From contig NC_073387.1 of the NCBI RefSeq assembly GCF_028641065.1, positions 35,836,001-35,900,000 on the forward strand: DNA of 64,000 nt, written 5' to 3'. The translations under genes were made by a program, and so were the position numbers. The DNA comes from Leucoraja erinacea. Its lineage: Eukaryota. This document shows, in pieces, positions 35,641 to 47,909 of this stretch (its first letter is position 1; each line of letters begins with the position of its first letter). A model generated the notes under the pieces. It had not been told where the DNA came from. It did no database searches and worked only from the letters and a program-made list of their open reading frames with translations.

Positions 35641-37344
35641 GGTATTAATAGTGATAAGCACCCCATTTCTTTGCAATTTTGTTTGGGATTCAACAAGTCC
35701 ATGTGCAGTCCCCAAAATCCAAATCACCCTCTATGCAATCCAGCTTTTACAGATTGCCAGAGAAGTCAAAGTGTTCATTGAACACAATCAACAATAGCAG
35801 CCACAGACACTGGAAGAAAACATGGGAGCTCATTATAGTCAGCTGGCCTCTTCCTAGTCCTGTGCAATTTCCATGTGACACAGTCCAAGTCCAAAAAATC
35901 GTTTCTGCACAGCATGTAATCATTACCAAGTAAATATCTTGAGCAATATGGACACCATCTTATACAAGTCTACAACTTCCTTCTATACTTGCTGATGGTT
36001 CCTCCAGAGCGCCCACTCAGGAGTGCCCAACACACTTCACTGCCTCCTCTTGTGCAGGAACCCGAAGGCTCCAATTCACTCTTTTGATGGGTCCTATGCA
36101 GCGCCTACACAAGGACAGACCCATGTTATCCCACTTATCCCTCCAAGACATTCTGCAGACTACTCAAGATAATCCACTATCACCCTCCCTGTTGCATTTA
36201 CCTCCCAAAAGTCCAGCAAACTGCAAATTCACATACATGCGCTTGTTATGGATGATTGCAGTACCATCTTAGCCTCGACAAAATTCTAACAGGATTTAAC
36301 CTGACTTAACTAATCCCCTCTCCTAACTAAACTTTCTGAAACCATTATTGAATAATGCTCACATGATGACCATTTTATTATTCAAGAGGCACTGCATGAA
36401 TATGAATTGTTGTGGTGCAATAACACTAAGCCAAATCCTAGGCAATGGTCAAAGGTTATCCTGTTCCAATAACTGGCTGAAGATCCAGCCATTCTGTCAA
36501 AGGTCTGTTCATAGCAGATGGCTTGGGAACTGTACCTTCACTTCTTTAATGCTCAGCCTTTTGCTTCATGCTTGCTTGCAGATCACATGAACACAGCTAA
36601 TTATCATCAGCTAACACAGATGGAAAGGAGAAAAGTAAGGGAAAAAAACCCTGCAACCACCACTAGAATGCAAGAGGGCCGATTCAAGTCAATGGCGAGG
36701 CAGTAAGCAAACTCATCCCTGAGGTGCAGTAATGTTTAGAAATGCTGGGCATCACTCCAGGATAATATATATATAAGATTTATAAGATGTACAGTTCCTA
36801 CAGGTACATCCCAGGGCCTCTCTGATAACAAGTCCATGATAGCATGCATAAATAGCTGCAAGAAATATTTTTCCTTGTGGCAAATCAAAACCACCATATA
36901 GCAATAGGACAGACACATAATTAGTGATCAGTTGCAATCACTAAAAGCAACGTACTGATTCCACGTAGAAAACAAAAAGTATTTTCCTGGTTTCCTAACG
37001 AATCTGCAATAAGGATTCTCCGATGTATCTCACAAGACACATATTACACTATTAGAACATATTTGCAAATAATTAATTCAGTTATGGACACTACAATACT
37101 GCAAGAAATTTGCTGAAAGCCAAAGTTGAAGAAAAAAATGCACCAATCACATTTAAGAAAAATATACATACACAATTGTCAGGGCACATAAAAATAAATT
37201 GCATTCAACATTCCATCAAAAGGAAATAATTAGAAGGCAATTATTACTTTAAATTGGTCGCAGAAGATGCACATAACCTTTATGAAAGTTAGGTGAATTT
37301 TGAGTGATATGCAAAAGCAGTATCTACATGGAACTATGAATGTA

Positions 37345-38412
37345 CAAATCAGAAGCAGGCGGAGGGACACTCAACTCCACCACGGAATAAGATCATGGCT
37401 GATCTGACAAGCATGACCTTCCCAATTCTGTCTACTTTCGTAAACGTTTTCCCTTTTGCTTCCCCTGTCCTTAGAAGATGAGACTCCAATGACGTTTGAT
37501 CTTTTGAGGGGAAAAAAAAGATGTTTCTTAAGTAAATTAGTGATCTCTTATTTTTAAATAGTGACAAAATTTTTTGTCCCATAAAAGCAAAGATGTTTTC
37601 CACATCACCCTTTCAAGATCCCTTCTCACTTTTATAAAGGCCTGAGAATACAGGCCTAGCTTTTTCAACTTTTCCCCATAAGATAAATCATCAAATCCAT
37701 TATTATCATCTCTCATAATGATTCTCTAAATGACTTCCAGCACATTAGTATCCTCTGTGAAAGACAGAGGCAAATACTGTGTGGAATCCAGAAATGATTA
37801 AATCATTACCATATATCTCCATAATTTTGTATTCAATTTCCCTTGCAATAAATGTTAATATTCAGCTGGCTTTTCTAATTACCATCGCCTGCTTAGTAAC
37901 TTTTAGCAAATCGTGAATGAGAACACCCAGCTCTCAGTATCCTAGACCTCTGCCATCTCACATCATTTAGATGATATGCTTCATTTGTATTATTAACTCC
38001 GCTAATTTTTTAATCAATTCCACCTTGCAATAAATGATAACATTCAGTGGAGAGAAAAACAGAATTAATGACCCTTCACCAAACCTTTTACACGTTTCCA
38101 ACACTTGTTTTTTTTTTTCATTTTAGATTTCCACCTCTGCAGTATTTTTGATTTTCAATGATAACACTCTATTAGCATCCCTAAGTAATTGTTCCACCTA
38201 CACAACATCCTTTTATGAATCATGCTCTAGAACACACTGATCTCTGCATTTCAGAGATCTACAATCGCTCATGATTTATATAAGCTTCTTTTGTTTTTAT
38301 GTTTTCCTGTCAAATGGACAATTTCACATTTTTTTGCCAATGAGTTAATTGATCCATCTTGCTCTGCAATTTCTTGTTGTCCATTTCCAAACCCTTTTTC
38401 TTTCCCTGGTAT
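37345..38412 (-). mobile_element. Old CR1 remnants (host of the solo LTR; continues at about 39195-39240)
   Basis: Diverged CR1 3' motifs (agatcatggctgatctg, ccttgcaataaatgataacattc, catcagcaaattt). Confidence 0.55.
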
Positions 38413-39194
38413 TGTTAATCCTGGCTGAAATCAAGCAGCCTTAGTACCCACACTATAATAAGGACTTATGAATTGCTGGGCCATTTTGGTCAAGTCTGGT
38501 GTGCTCTGTAGAAATGGGACAAACTTCTGAATGGTGCCAGCAAGTCTGGGGTCCAGATCAGTGTTGCATTGTCAGTTGACAGATGGATGAGATTTCTGCA
38601 AAGGACATCAGAGGAAATGTAAAATGCATAAGGTTTAATGGCTCTCAGCAAGCGCCTTGTATATATTATAAATAATGTTGCGAGACAGTTACCCTGTTAA
38701 GTGTTGATAGGTTGAAATGTTAAGCCCTGTCTGGTTTGTTTGAATCCCAGGGTAAATGTTGCATTATTCAAGGTTCTGCGCATCTTCCAGAAGCTTCACC
38801 TGCAACAATGTAAGAAGATTCTCTAATTGGCCTGAATACCTGTCAGTAATGTATTATTGTAATTTGTTATACTTGATTGGATTGTAAATATACCTCCCCT
38901 CTGTAGTTCGGCCCCTCAAGTTTTGGGGACGTATAAAAGGCAGCCACCACGAGGTCCGTGTTCGATCTTCTGGAAGAGCGCTTGGGAACTGCGTGACCTT
39001 TTGGAGTGTTTCTGCTTGCACAAGGCTAAAGGGCTTGGCCAGGCAGATACAAGGATCGAACCTGCCGTGGTTTAGGTATCGTATAGGGTGATTTGTTGTG
39101 CTTTCCAAAAATAAAGTTTAGATGTTCCAGTGCTTGAATCAGTGGTTTATTGATTGACCTAGACTGGGGGGAAGCTTAGAAAGATCTTTTTAAA
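38413..39194 (+). mobile_element. Solo LTR (ERV- or Gypsy-type), about 780 bp
   Basis: TGTTAA start, degenerate TTAA(C)A end and GTAT 4-bp flanks whose removal restores the CR1 host. TATAAAA near 38932 and AATAAA near 39110 in U3-R-U5 order. An alternative boundary 38562-39200 (TG...CA, TCAG flanks) is also possible. Confidence 0.65.
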
Positions 39195-40454
39195 GTATCA
39201 TCAGCAAATTTAGTAACCATACCTTCAGTGAAAAATCAAAATATGACAAATGTCAAGCTAACCTTTGGTATAAACCTGCATCAGCAGTTCTTTGTTTCTA
39301 CAAACTAACCAGCCTGTTGTTTCCTGTTTTCTGTTTCAACCCCTTTTGAATCAATTTTCTGTTTTCTAATCTCAGGGAACATTCGACAAATCTGAGGAAT
39401 TTTGGAAAATTAAAACCTATCAATAAACTATCTCTGAAATGGGATCCTGACACAAAACATCACCTGTCCATATACTCCAGATATGCTGCCTGACCATTGT
39501 GTTACTCCAGCACTTTGTATGTTTTTTTCATAAACCAGCATCTGCAGTTCCTTGTGTCTAACATAAACCACTACATTAACTGTTTCTTTTAAGGCACTCC
39601 CTTGAAACCCGTAAAGACCTGACATCCAGTGCTCCAGCGGTTTGCTCAGTATCAGTGCCCTGGTAATTGTAACTTTCTCCAAGTTTCTCCTCCAGCAGAG
39701 AGTGTCTTTTCATAAAAACAGAAAATACCGGAAAAAATCATCAGATCAGGTGAGAGGTAATAAATCTTTATATTAAAATAGCTTAATCTAAGTATCCAAT
39801 AATAACCTCTACTAAAAGTCTGATCTATTTTATTTGAGAATAGATTCTGCTGAAGAAAATTGCATCAAATGATGTTTCTGTGGCCGCCAGTGGAGAAAGA
39901 TTTATTTTATGTCTAAAAATGGAAGTGACCTGAAACATGCCGAATTTTGGGTCTATAATAACGAGCTGAAAGTTTGAAAAACAGCATTGAGTTTATAATT
40001 AGGGTAGCCTTTGCCAATTATGGTACAGGACCATTGATTCAATGATGAAATGTGAATTTCAATACCATCATGACATTTAAACACTGCTAATTAAATTTCA
40101 AATTGTATAACAAAAAACTCCTCTCAGTCGATGATCAGATCGTTGTTAAAAAACCCAAGTTTCACCAATGTCCATCAAGGAAGGAAAATTGCTACCTGTA
40201 CTGGATTTGGCCTATATCTGACTTCAGATCCACTAACATGTTTTGCTCTCAACTGCCCGGGTAGCAGGGAGAAAAATCATTACATTATATCACAACAGGC
40301 CATGTCTCACCACTGCCTTCATAATGGCAATTAGGAATTGGCAAAATCGCTGGTCCTGTCAGTCTGTCCACATTCTGCAAATAAATATATATAGGCATAA
40401 CTCGGGTTATGGCATAGTCTTTTCTCCAGTTGATTAATTAAGATCTTGAGGACT

Positions 40455-40712
40455 TTAAGGTTTAAGGTGAAAGTAGAAAGAATTAACAGGAACCTGAGGA
40501 GCAGCTTTTTTCACACTGAGGGTGGTACTTATACAGAACGAGCTGCCAATGGAAGTGGTTGAAGAAGGTACAGTAACAACATTTAAAAGACATTTGGATA
40601 TTTACATGGAAAGGAAAGGTTTAGGATGTGGCTCAAACACGGGCACATAGGACCAGCTTAGACAGCCACCTTGGTTGACCCACAGGGCCGGTTTCCATGT
40701 TGTACGACTGAT
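40455..40712 (+). mobile_element. CR1 3' end fragment
   Basis: gtttaaggtga...aggaacctgagg...tttttcacactgagggtggt motif. Confidence 0.75.
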
Positions 40713-41315
40713 TGATTCCTGCCAAAATACTTTCTCCAATAATACACAGTAAAGAACTGTGCTATCTCCATATGTATCTTGCGAACTTAAATCCATTTAG
40801 TTAATTTAAAAAAAACAATACCTTATCCATCCTGCACTCCGTAAATGAATAATTCCTTGCAGATCTTTTGTTTTGCCAAATACTGTCTGTGATAAGGCAA
40901 AGGATTGACAAAGAAGTATCCCATGGGCTTTGGTTTAAAATTCCTAGCTGAACTGCTGACCAGAAATACCACTGGTGTACCACTGTTTAATTATGTTAGT
41001 TACTGTGCAGCATCACAAGTGTCATCAATGCCCTCAAAACATCAAGGTAACCAATAAGGTAACGACTCAATCTGGTAACCAAAAACTAATATGCTGATAA
41101 AACAGTAATACACTGAAAGGTCAAATATACCCCAATGAATGGATGAAATTTTTATAGTAGTCGTACAAATATAAATAATTGTGATCAGTCTATATAAACA
41201 AAGCATTGGAAGTTTTCTTGTATGTATATGACTGGGAGTGGTTCCAAGTTTTTAAACTGAAGTTCCAGTGGCTGGTTGAATATAAATGTTAGATCTTGTA
41301 TCACTATTTTGAGAG

Positions 41316-41628
41316 TGGCACAGTGGCGTAGTGGTAGAGCTACTGCCTCACAGCGCCAGATACTCGGAATCGATCCTAACTACGGGTGCTTGTCTGTACG
41401 GAGTTTGTACGTTCTCCCCGTGTCTGCATAGGTTTTCTCCGAGATTTTTGGTTTCCTCCCACACTCCAAAGACGCACAGGTTTGTAGGCTAATTGGCTTG
41501 ATATAAATGTAAATTGTCCCTAGTGTGTGTAGGATAGTGTTAGTGTGCGGGGATCGCTGGTCAGTGCAGACTTGATGGGAAGAAGGGCCTGTTTCCGCGC
41601 TATATCTCTAAACTAAAACTAAAACTAA
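41316..41628 (+). mobile_element. Full-length V-SINE (HE1-like)
   Basis: tRNA-like head with A/B-box-like motifs, conserved core, CR1-derived 3' end, (aaact)n tail. Confidence 0.9.
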
Positions 41629-41924
41629 AGCTACTTGTAGGATTTGCCTTGGCAAAGTTGTTTCTACTCCTGCCTAAAACAGAAGAACATAGAAAATTTG
41701 GAGCAGTGATGCCATTCAAGCCAGCTGTGCTATTTAATACAATCATAACTGATCTTTGATCTCAAGACCATGATTCTCTACTCTCCCCACCCGATGATGT
41801 GCTTGGTGCCTAGAAATCTAATTACCTTTTTAAATGTAATCAGTGACTGCACTGCCTTCCAGATAGACAACTCTGCAGGTTCACCACATTGAGTGAAGAA
41901 ATTTCACAGCCTAATCCTAAATGT

Positions 41925-42280
41925 CTGACCTTTCTGTCCTGGGTCTCCTCCATTGTCAGAGTGAGGCTAGATGCAAATTGGAGGAACAGCGCCACATATT
42001 TCACTTGGACAGCTTTCAACGTGGCGGTATGAATATTGATTACTCTAACTTAAAGTAATCCTTGCCTCCCTCCTCTCTGTGTCCCTCCCCCACCTAGTTT
42101 CACTGTCATACTGTTGAGTTTCATTGTCTGTACAACTCATTATCACCTAGTCCGCAGCCAACAATGGACCATTGTGGGCTCAACTATCCTTAATCATCGT
42201 TGCTTCTTGAAAATCTATTAATCACGTACTATATACTTTCTATGTATTATATTCCTTCTATATCTCTCACTTCCCTTTCC
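41925..42280 (+). mobile_element. Penelope 3' fragment
   Basis: DLSVLGLLHCQSEARCKLEEQRHIFHL motif. Confidence 0.75.
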
Positions 42281-42788
42281 CATTATAACTGATAACTGAT
42301 TCATGAATGCTTCTTTAAACATTGAAGGAAGTAATTACAAAATTTGCATTAGTGATTTCTCCAAATATTCTCATTACCACCATCCAAATATTATAACCTT
42401 CTGTTAATGGGAAGACAGAGAAAATGAAGAACAACCCATCCATGACACTTCCTCATCCCTTATTTGTATAAAGAGCAAAAGTGAAGTATAGGGAAGTTTT
42501 GACTATTGCAATGAGGAGAGCATGGAACATATTAGACGTGGTTCCGGAGTGGAAAGATAAAACATAAGAAATTATTTAGGATCAATGAACTTGTCAAGAA
42601 AGCATAAGCAAGGTGCAACAGAACTACAATCCCACGACAGACTGTAAAGCAAGTCTTAACATTCCTAACATTTGTGCCTGTGAACTAATTTTTAACAAGA
42701 AGAAATAGTTCATCTCCATGTGACATTTTTGCACTTCATCTGTTATTAAAGGGAGTAATTCAAATCAGGAAAAGTTAGCTTGTAGGAG

Positions 42789-42985
42789 GTGCCACGGTGG
42801 CACAGCAGTAGAGTTTTTGCCTTACAGCATCAGGGACCCAGGTTCAATCCTGACTACGGTTGTTGTCTATACAGAGTTTGTACATTCTCCCCGTGACCAT
42901 GTGGGTTTTCTCTGGGTGCATCAGTTTCCTCCAACACTCTAAAGACATACATGTGTGTAGGTTAATTGGCTTTGGTAAAAATATT
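42789..42985 (+). mobile_element. V-SINE, 3' truncated
   Basis: Head and core match 41316-41520. Confidence 0.8.
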
Positions 42986-43376
42986 TTTTTTTGTCTAATG
43001 TGGTTCAATAGTTCAATGGTTGCTTTATTGTCATGTGTACCAGGTACAGTGAAGTACATTTTGTGCATACAGATTTGCATGCCGACCCCAGTTCATAAGC
43101 ACAATTACCCCGGTTAGCACAGAACAGACCACCGAATCCATATGCAAGAGGTGCCATTTTGTGCGCCACTTTACAATCCCATCTGCAGCTGGCCACAAAG
43201 GCCTGTTACAGCTGGGATTTGTATTCTGGACGTCCATTCTGGACGTCCCACGATTTGAAGCTTTATTAATTATCTAAATATTCTCAATCATATTTTACAT
43301 AGAAACAGAAACATAGAAAATAGGAGGCCATTCAGCCCTTCGAGCCAGCACCGCCATTCTTTGTGATCATGGCTGA

Positions 43377-43907
43377 GGAAAGACATTCTTGCCATAGAGG
43401 GAGTATAGAGAAGGTTCACCAGACTGATTCCTGGGGTGGCAGGACTTTCATATGAAGAAAGACGGGATAGACTCGGCTTGTACACGCTGGAATTTAGAAG
43501 ATTGAGTGGGGATCTTATAGAAACTTACAAACTTCTTAAGGGGTTGGACAGGCTAGATGCAGGAAGATTATTCCCAATGTTGGGGAAGTCCAGAACAAGG
43601 GGTCACAGTTTAAGGATAAGAGGGAAGTATTTTAGGACCGAGATGAGAAAATATTTTTTTATTTTTTACACAGAGGTTGGTGAATCTGTGGAATTTTCTG
43701 CCGCAGAAGATAGTTGAGGCTAGTTCATTGGCTATATTTAAGAGGGAGTTAGATGTGGCCCTTGTGGCTAAAGGGATCAGGGGGTATGGAGAGAAGGCAG
43801 GTAAGGGATACTGAGTTGGATGCTCAGCCATGATCATATTGAATGGCGGTGCAGGCTCGAAGGGCCAAATGGCCTACTCCTGCACCTATTTTCTATGTTT
43901 CTATGTT
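43377..43907 (+). mobile_element. CR1 3' fragment inserted antisense into the 3' UTR of another CR1
   Basis: GLSYEERRDRLGLYTLEFRRLSGDLIETYK, (tttctatg)n tail, approximate flanking duplication tcatggctga / tcaatggttga. Confidence 0.85.
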
Positions 43908-44589
43908 TCAATGGTTGATCGTCCCCAGTCAATAACCCGTGACAGCCTTCTCCCCATATCCTTTGATTCCACTAGCCCCTAGAGCTCTATCTAACTCTCT
44001 CTTAAATCCATCCAGTGATTTTGCCTCCACTGCCCTCTGGCAGGGAATTCCACAAATTCACAACACTCTGGGTGAAAATGTTTTTTCTCACCTCAGTCTT
44101 AAATGGCCTCCCCTTTATTCTAAGACTGTGGCCCCTGGTTCTGGACTCGCCCAACATTGGGAACATTTTTCCTGCATCTAGCTTGTCCAGTCCTTTTATA
44201 ATTTTATATGTTTCTATAAGAACCCCCTCATCCTTCTAAACTCCAGTGAATACAAGCCAAGTCTTTTCAATCTTTCCTCATATGACAGTCCCGCCATCCC
44301 AGGGATCAATCTCGTGAACCTATGCTACACTGCCTCAATCACAAGGATGTCCTTCCTCAAATTAGGAGACCAAAACTGTGCACAATACACCAGATGTGGT
44401 CTTACCAGAGCCCTATACAACTGCAGAAGAACCTCGTTACTCCTATACTGAAATCCTCTTGTTATGAAGGCCAACATTCCATTAGCTTTCTTCACTGCCT
44501 GCTGTAACTGCACGCCAACTTTCAGTGACCGGTGTACAAGGACGCCCAGGTCTCGCTCCACCTCCCCCTTATCTAACCTAACTTCATTG

Positions 44590-44685
44590 GTCTGAAGAAG
44601 GGTTTTGGCCCGAAACGTTACCTATTTCCTTCGCTCCATAGATGCTGCTGCACCCGCTGAGTTTCTCCAGCATTTTTTTGTACCT
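44590..44685 (+). mobile_element. About 95-bp PLE pseudo-LTR insertion consisting of the hammerhead-like motif and tail
   Basis: ggt-CTGAAGA-a-gggt(tttg)gccc-GAAA-CG-TT-acc. cattg is duplicated at both flanks inside the CR1. Confidence 0.8.
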
Positions 44686-45631
44686 CCCATTGAGATAATA
44701 ATCTGCCCCCTTGTTTTTGCTGCTAAAGTGGATAACCTCACATTGATCTATATTATACTGCATCTGCCACACATCTGCCCACTCACACAACTTGTCTAGG
44801 TCACCCTGCAACCTCCTAACATCCTCTTCACATTTCACACTGCCACCCAGCTTTGTATCATCCGCAAACTTGCTAGTGTTGCTCCTAATTCCCTCTTACA
44901 AATCATTAATATATATGGTATACAGTTGCGGCCCCAAAACCGAGCCTTGCGGCACTCCACTCGCCCCTGCCTGCCATTCTGAAAAAGACCCATTCTCTCC
45001 TACTCCCTACTCCCAATACCATGTGCACTAATTTTCGTCACCAGTCTCCCGTGCAGGACCATATCAAAGGCTTTCTGAATGTCTTGATACACTACATCCA
45101 CTGGCTCCCCTTCATCCATTTTACTTGTCACATCCTCAAAAAATTCCAGAAGATTAGTCAAGCATGATTTTCCTTTCATAAATCCATGCTGACTTGGACT
45201 AATCCTTTTACTGCTATCCAAATGCCCCATTATTACCTCTTTAATAATTGACTCCAGCATCTTTCCCACCACTGAAGTCAGGCTAACTGGTCTGTAATTC
45301 CCCGTTTTCTCTCTCGCTCCTTTCTTGAAAAGTGGGATAACATTAGCTATCCTCCAATCCGCAGGAACTGATCCTGAATCCATTGGAAAATGCTCACCAA
45401 TGCGTCCACTATTTCTAGTGTCACCTCCCTGAGGACCCTGGGATGCAGACCATCAGGCCCAGGGGATTTATTATCCTTCAGTCCCATTAGCCTACCCAAT
45501 ACTATTTCTCGCCTAATGAAAATTTATTTCAGTTCCTCTAGCCCCTTAGATTCTCTGTCCTCCAGTACTTCTGGGAGATTATTTGTGTCTTCCTTAGTGA
45601 AGACAGATCTGGAGTACCTGTTCAACTCTAT

Positions 45632-46369
45632 AGGGTGATTTCACAAAAGGTCACTGGAGCGTAGATCCGCACCCACGTGACTGAAAATCTCAACTGGAGT
45701 ACATGTTATACATCGGTACATGTTAGTGAATGGGAAAACACGCACTTTCCCACCCGTTAAAAACATCGAAAATGGCCGATATTTGAGCTGAAATGTTCTG
45801 TGCTAGTCGGGGTGACCGTGAAGCACAGCGACCTAAATTTTCAGGCAAAAAAAAGATAGAAAGTAAGGTAATTACAAGAAGGAACTGAAGGTGGAAAAAC
45901 AGCGGAAGTGCTTAGCAGACATTTGCCGTGGAGATTTAAAGGTCCAAAATATCGGGAATTATCGCGTTTGCTCGCTGAATTTCATCAAAAGTAAGTTAAT
46001 AATGCCTTATTTTGATGAAATTCAGCGAGCAAACGCGATAATTCCCGATATTTTGGATCTTTAAATCTCCACGGCAAATGTCTGCTAAGCACTTCCGCTG
46101 TTTTTCCACCTTCAGTTCCCTCTTGTAATTATCTTACTTTCTATCTTTTTTTTTGCCTGGACATTTAGGTCGCTGTGCTTCACGGTCACCCCGACTAGCA
46201 CAGAAAATTTCAGCTCAAATATCGGCCGTTTCCCATGTTTTTAACGGGTGGGAAAGTGCGTGTTTTCCCATTCACTAACATGTACCGATGTATAACATGT
46301 ACTCCAGTTGAGATTTTCGGTCACGTGGGTGCGGATCTACGCTCCAGTGACCTTTCGTGAAATCACCCT
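45632..46369. mobile_element. 738-bp palindromic (fold-back) MITE, AGGG...CCCT termini, AT flanks
   Basis: Arm 45632-45990 is the near-perfect reverse complement of 46010-46369, with a ~19-bp spacer. It interrupts the CR1. Confidence 0.92.
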
Positions 46370-46564
46370 ATTGCCATTTCCTTGGTCCCCATAATAATTT
46401 CACCCGTGCCTGCCTTAAGGGACCCACATTTGACTTTCCTATTATTTTTCCCTTAACATACCTAAAGAAGGTTTTACTGTCCTTCTTTATATTCCTGGCC
46501 AGCTTCCCCTCGTACTTCATCTTTACAGCCAGCATTGCCCATTTTGAGTGGTATTGTTCACTTA

Positions 46565-47140
46565 AGGGACTGTCCCACTTGGGAGACCTAATCCGCGAGT
46601 TCTAGCGAGTTTGCCCTCGACTCATACTCGCAGCATGGTCGAGACGAGGTCCTAGGAGGTCTTTGTAACTTTCCTTCATGCTCGAGAGTAGTCCCCGTGT
46701 ACTCGAGGCATCAGCTATATCGCGGCATATTTTTCAATGTTGAAAAATGCCCACGAGTAAACAACAGTTGCCATGGAAAAAATTGATACTTTTTTTACTG
46801 GTAGGTTTAGTCAAAGTAGGTCGTAGTATGTCAGCAGTATGTTAGTTGCAGGTAATCGAGGGTCGTCTAAGGTAATCAAAGGTAGTTGAAGGTAATCGTA
46901 GATATTCTTCATCATAGTCGAAGGGAGATCGAAGGGAGGTCGGCTTCGTTCTCCACTATTTGGTGTCCAATTTTTTCAGAAGTTAGTCATAGCTAGTCGT
47001 AGCTAGTTGAAGCTATTCTTCAACATAGTTAAAGGAGGTCTTCTACATAGTCTAAGGAGGTCTTCAACATGACATATTTTTCAAACTCTCCTAAACTCTT
47101 CTAAACTCGCCAATTAGGTCGCCCAAGTGGGACAGCCCCT
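46565..47140. mobile_element. PIF/Harbinger-type MITE, TTA TSD
   Basis: TTA|AGGGACTGTCCCACTTGGG...CCCAAGTGGGACAGCCCCT|TTA. Confidence 0.88.
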
Positions 47141-47909
47141 TTACAATTCAGTAACATTCAAAAGTTCTCTGATAACAATGCTTATTTTGCCAAATTGGAA
47201 AGCAAGACAGGATGTAACATTTACACAATGTAGGTCAGTACCAGTTAATCAGCAAATTCAAACAACAGAAATTACCCCAAATCTGCCCATGATTTTCAAC
47301 AGAAATCCATTGCTGAGTCCACCATAATCAACTCCCGAGTACTGACATTAATTTGAATGAGACCAGGCATACTAACATTACTACTATGACAAATTAACAG
47401 ATCTTCGGTGGATTGCATTGATTGGATTCAGAAGCTGCATTTTCTCATAATTTAGTGTCTAGCTATACTAAATCTGAAGGATGTTCATTTTGTCTTAATT
47501 TATTATGTTGCATAAAATCACAAGGTAATCAATGTAATGATCCTGAGTAAGTTGCAACCTTTTAAAGATGTCTCATTTAAAAATATGTGATATGTGGCTA
47601 GTGATTATATCTCACATCCAGAATATGCTAACGTGAGAAAAGAAAATCACGATATAATTGATTTTTGATGCAATTAAATGTAGAATGTTGACAAAAAATG
47701 AATGCAAATAGTACAGCCATGGCGATTTTTTTAATTTGTCCCTATTCTATTTATTTTCTGCGAAATAAAATAGATTAATGATCCATTTTAAATCTTTTCA
47801 TCTGATGGTTTTTGAATTCTCATTTGAAAGGATTAGTACATTTGCGTGAAAGACTCGTAGACCGAACTAAAATTACAAGAAGATATTATTGTTACACACT
47901 TAGAAGATA

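Larger units (their letters stand above)
43297..46530 (-). mobile_element. CR1 LINE (minus) hosting three nested insertions
   Basis: ORFs 45000-45383, 44584-44838 and 44325-44561 give CR1 RT motifs (DWRIANVIPLFKKG, NYRPVSLTS, SQHGFMKGKSCLTNLLEFFE). 3' tail at 43297-43375. Confidence 0.92.

Noticed and set aside
41316-41390. tRNA-like sequence (also at 8944, 27246, 42789)
   Set aside because: These are SINE heads continuing into SINE bodies, with no complete cloverleaf.
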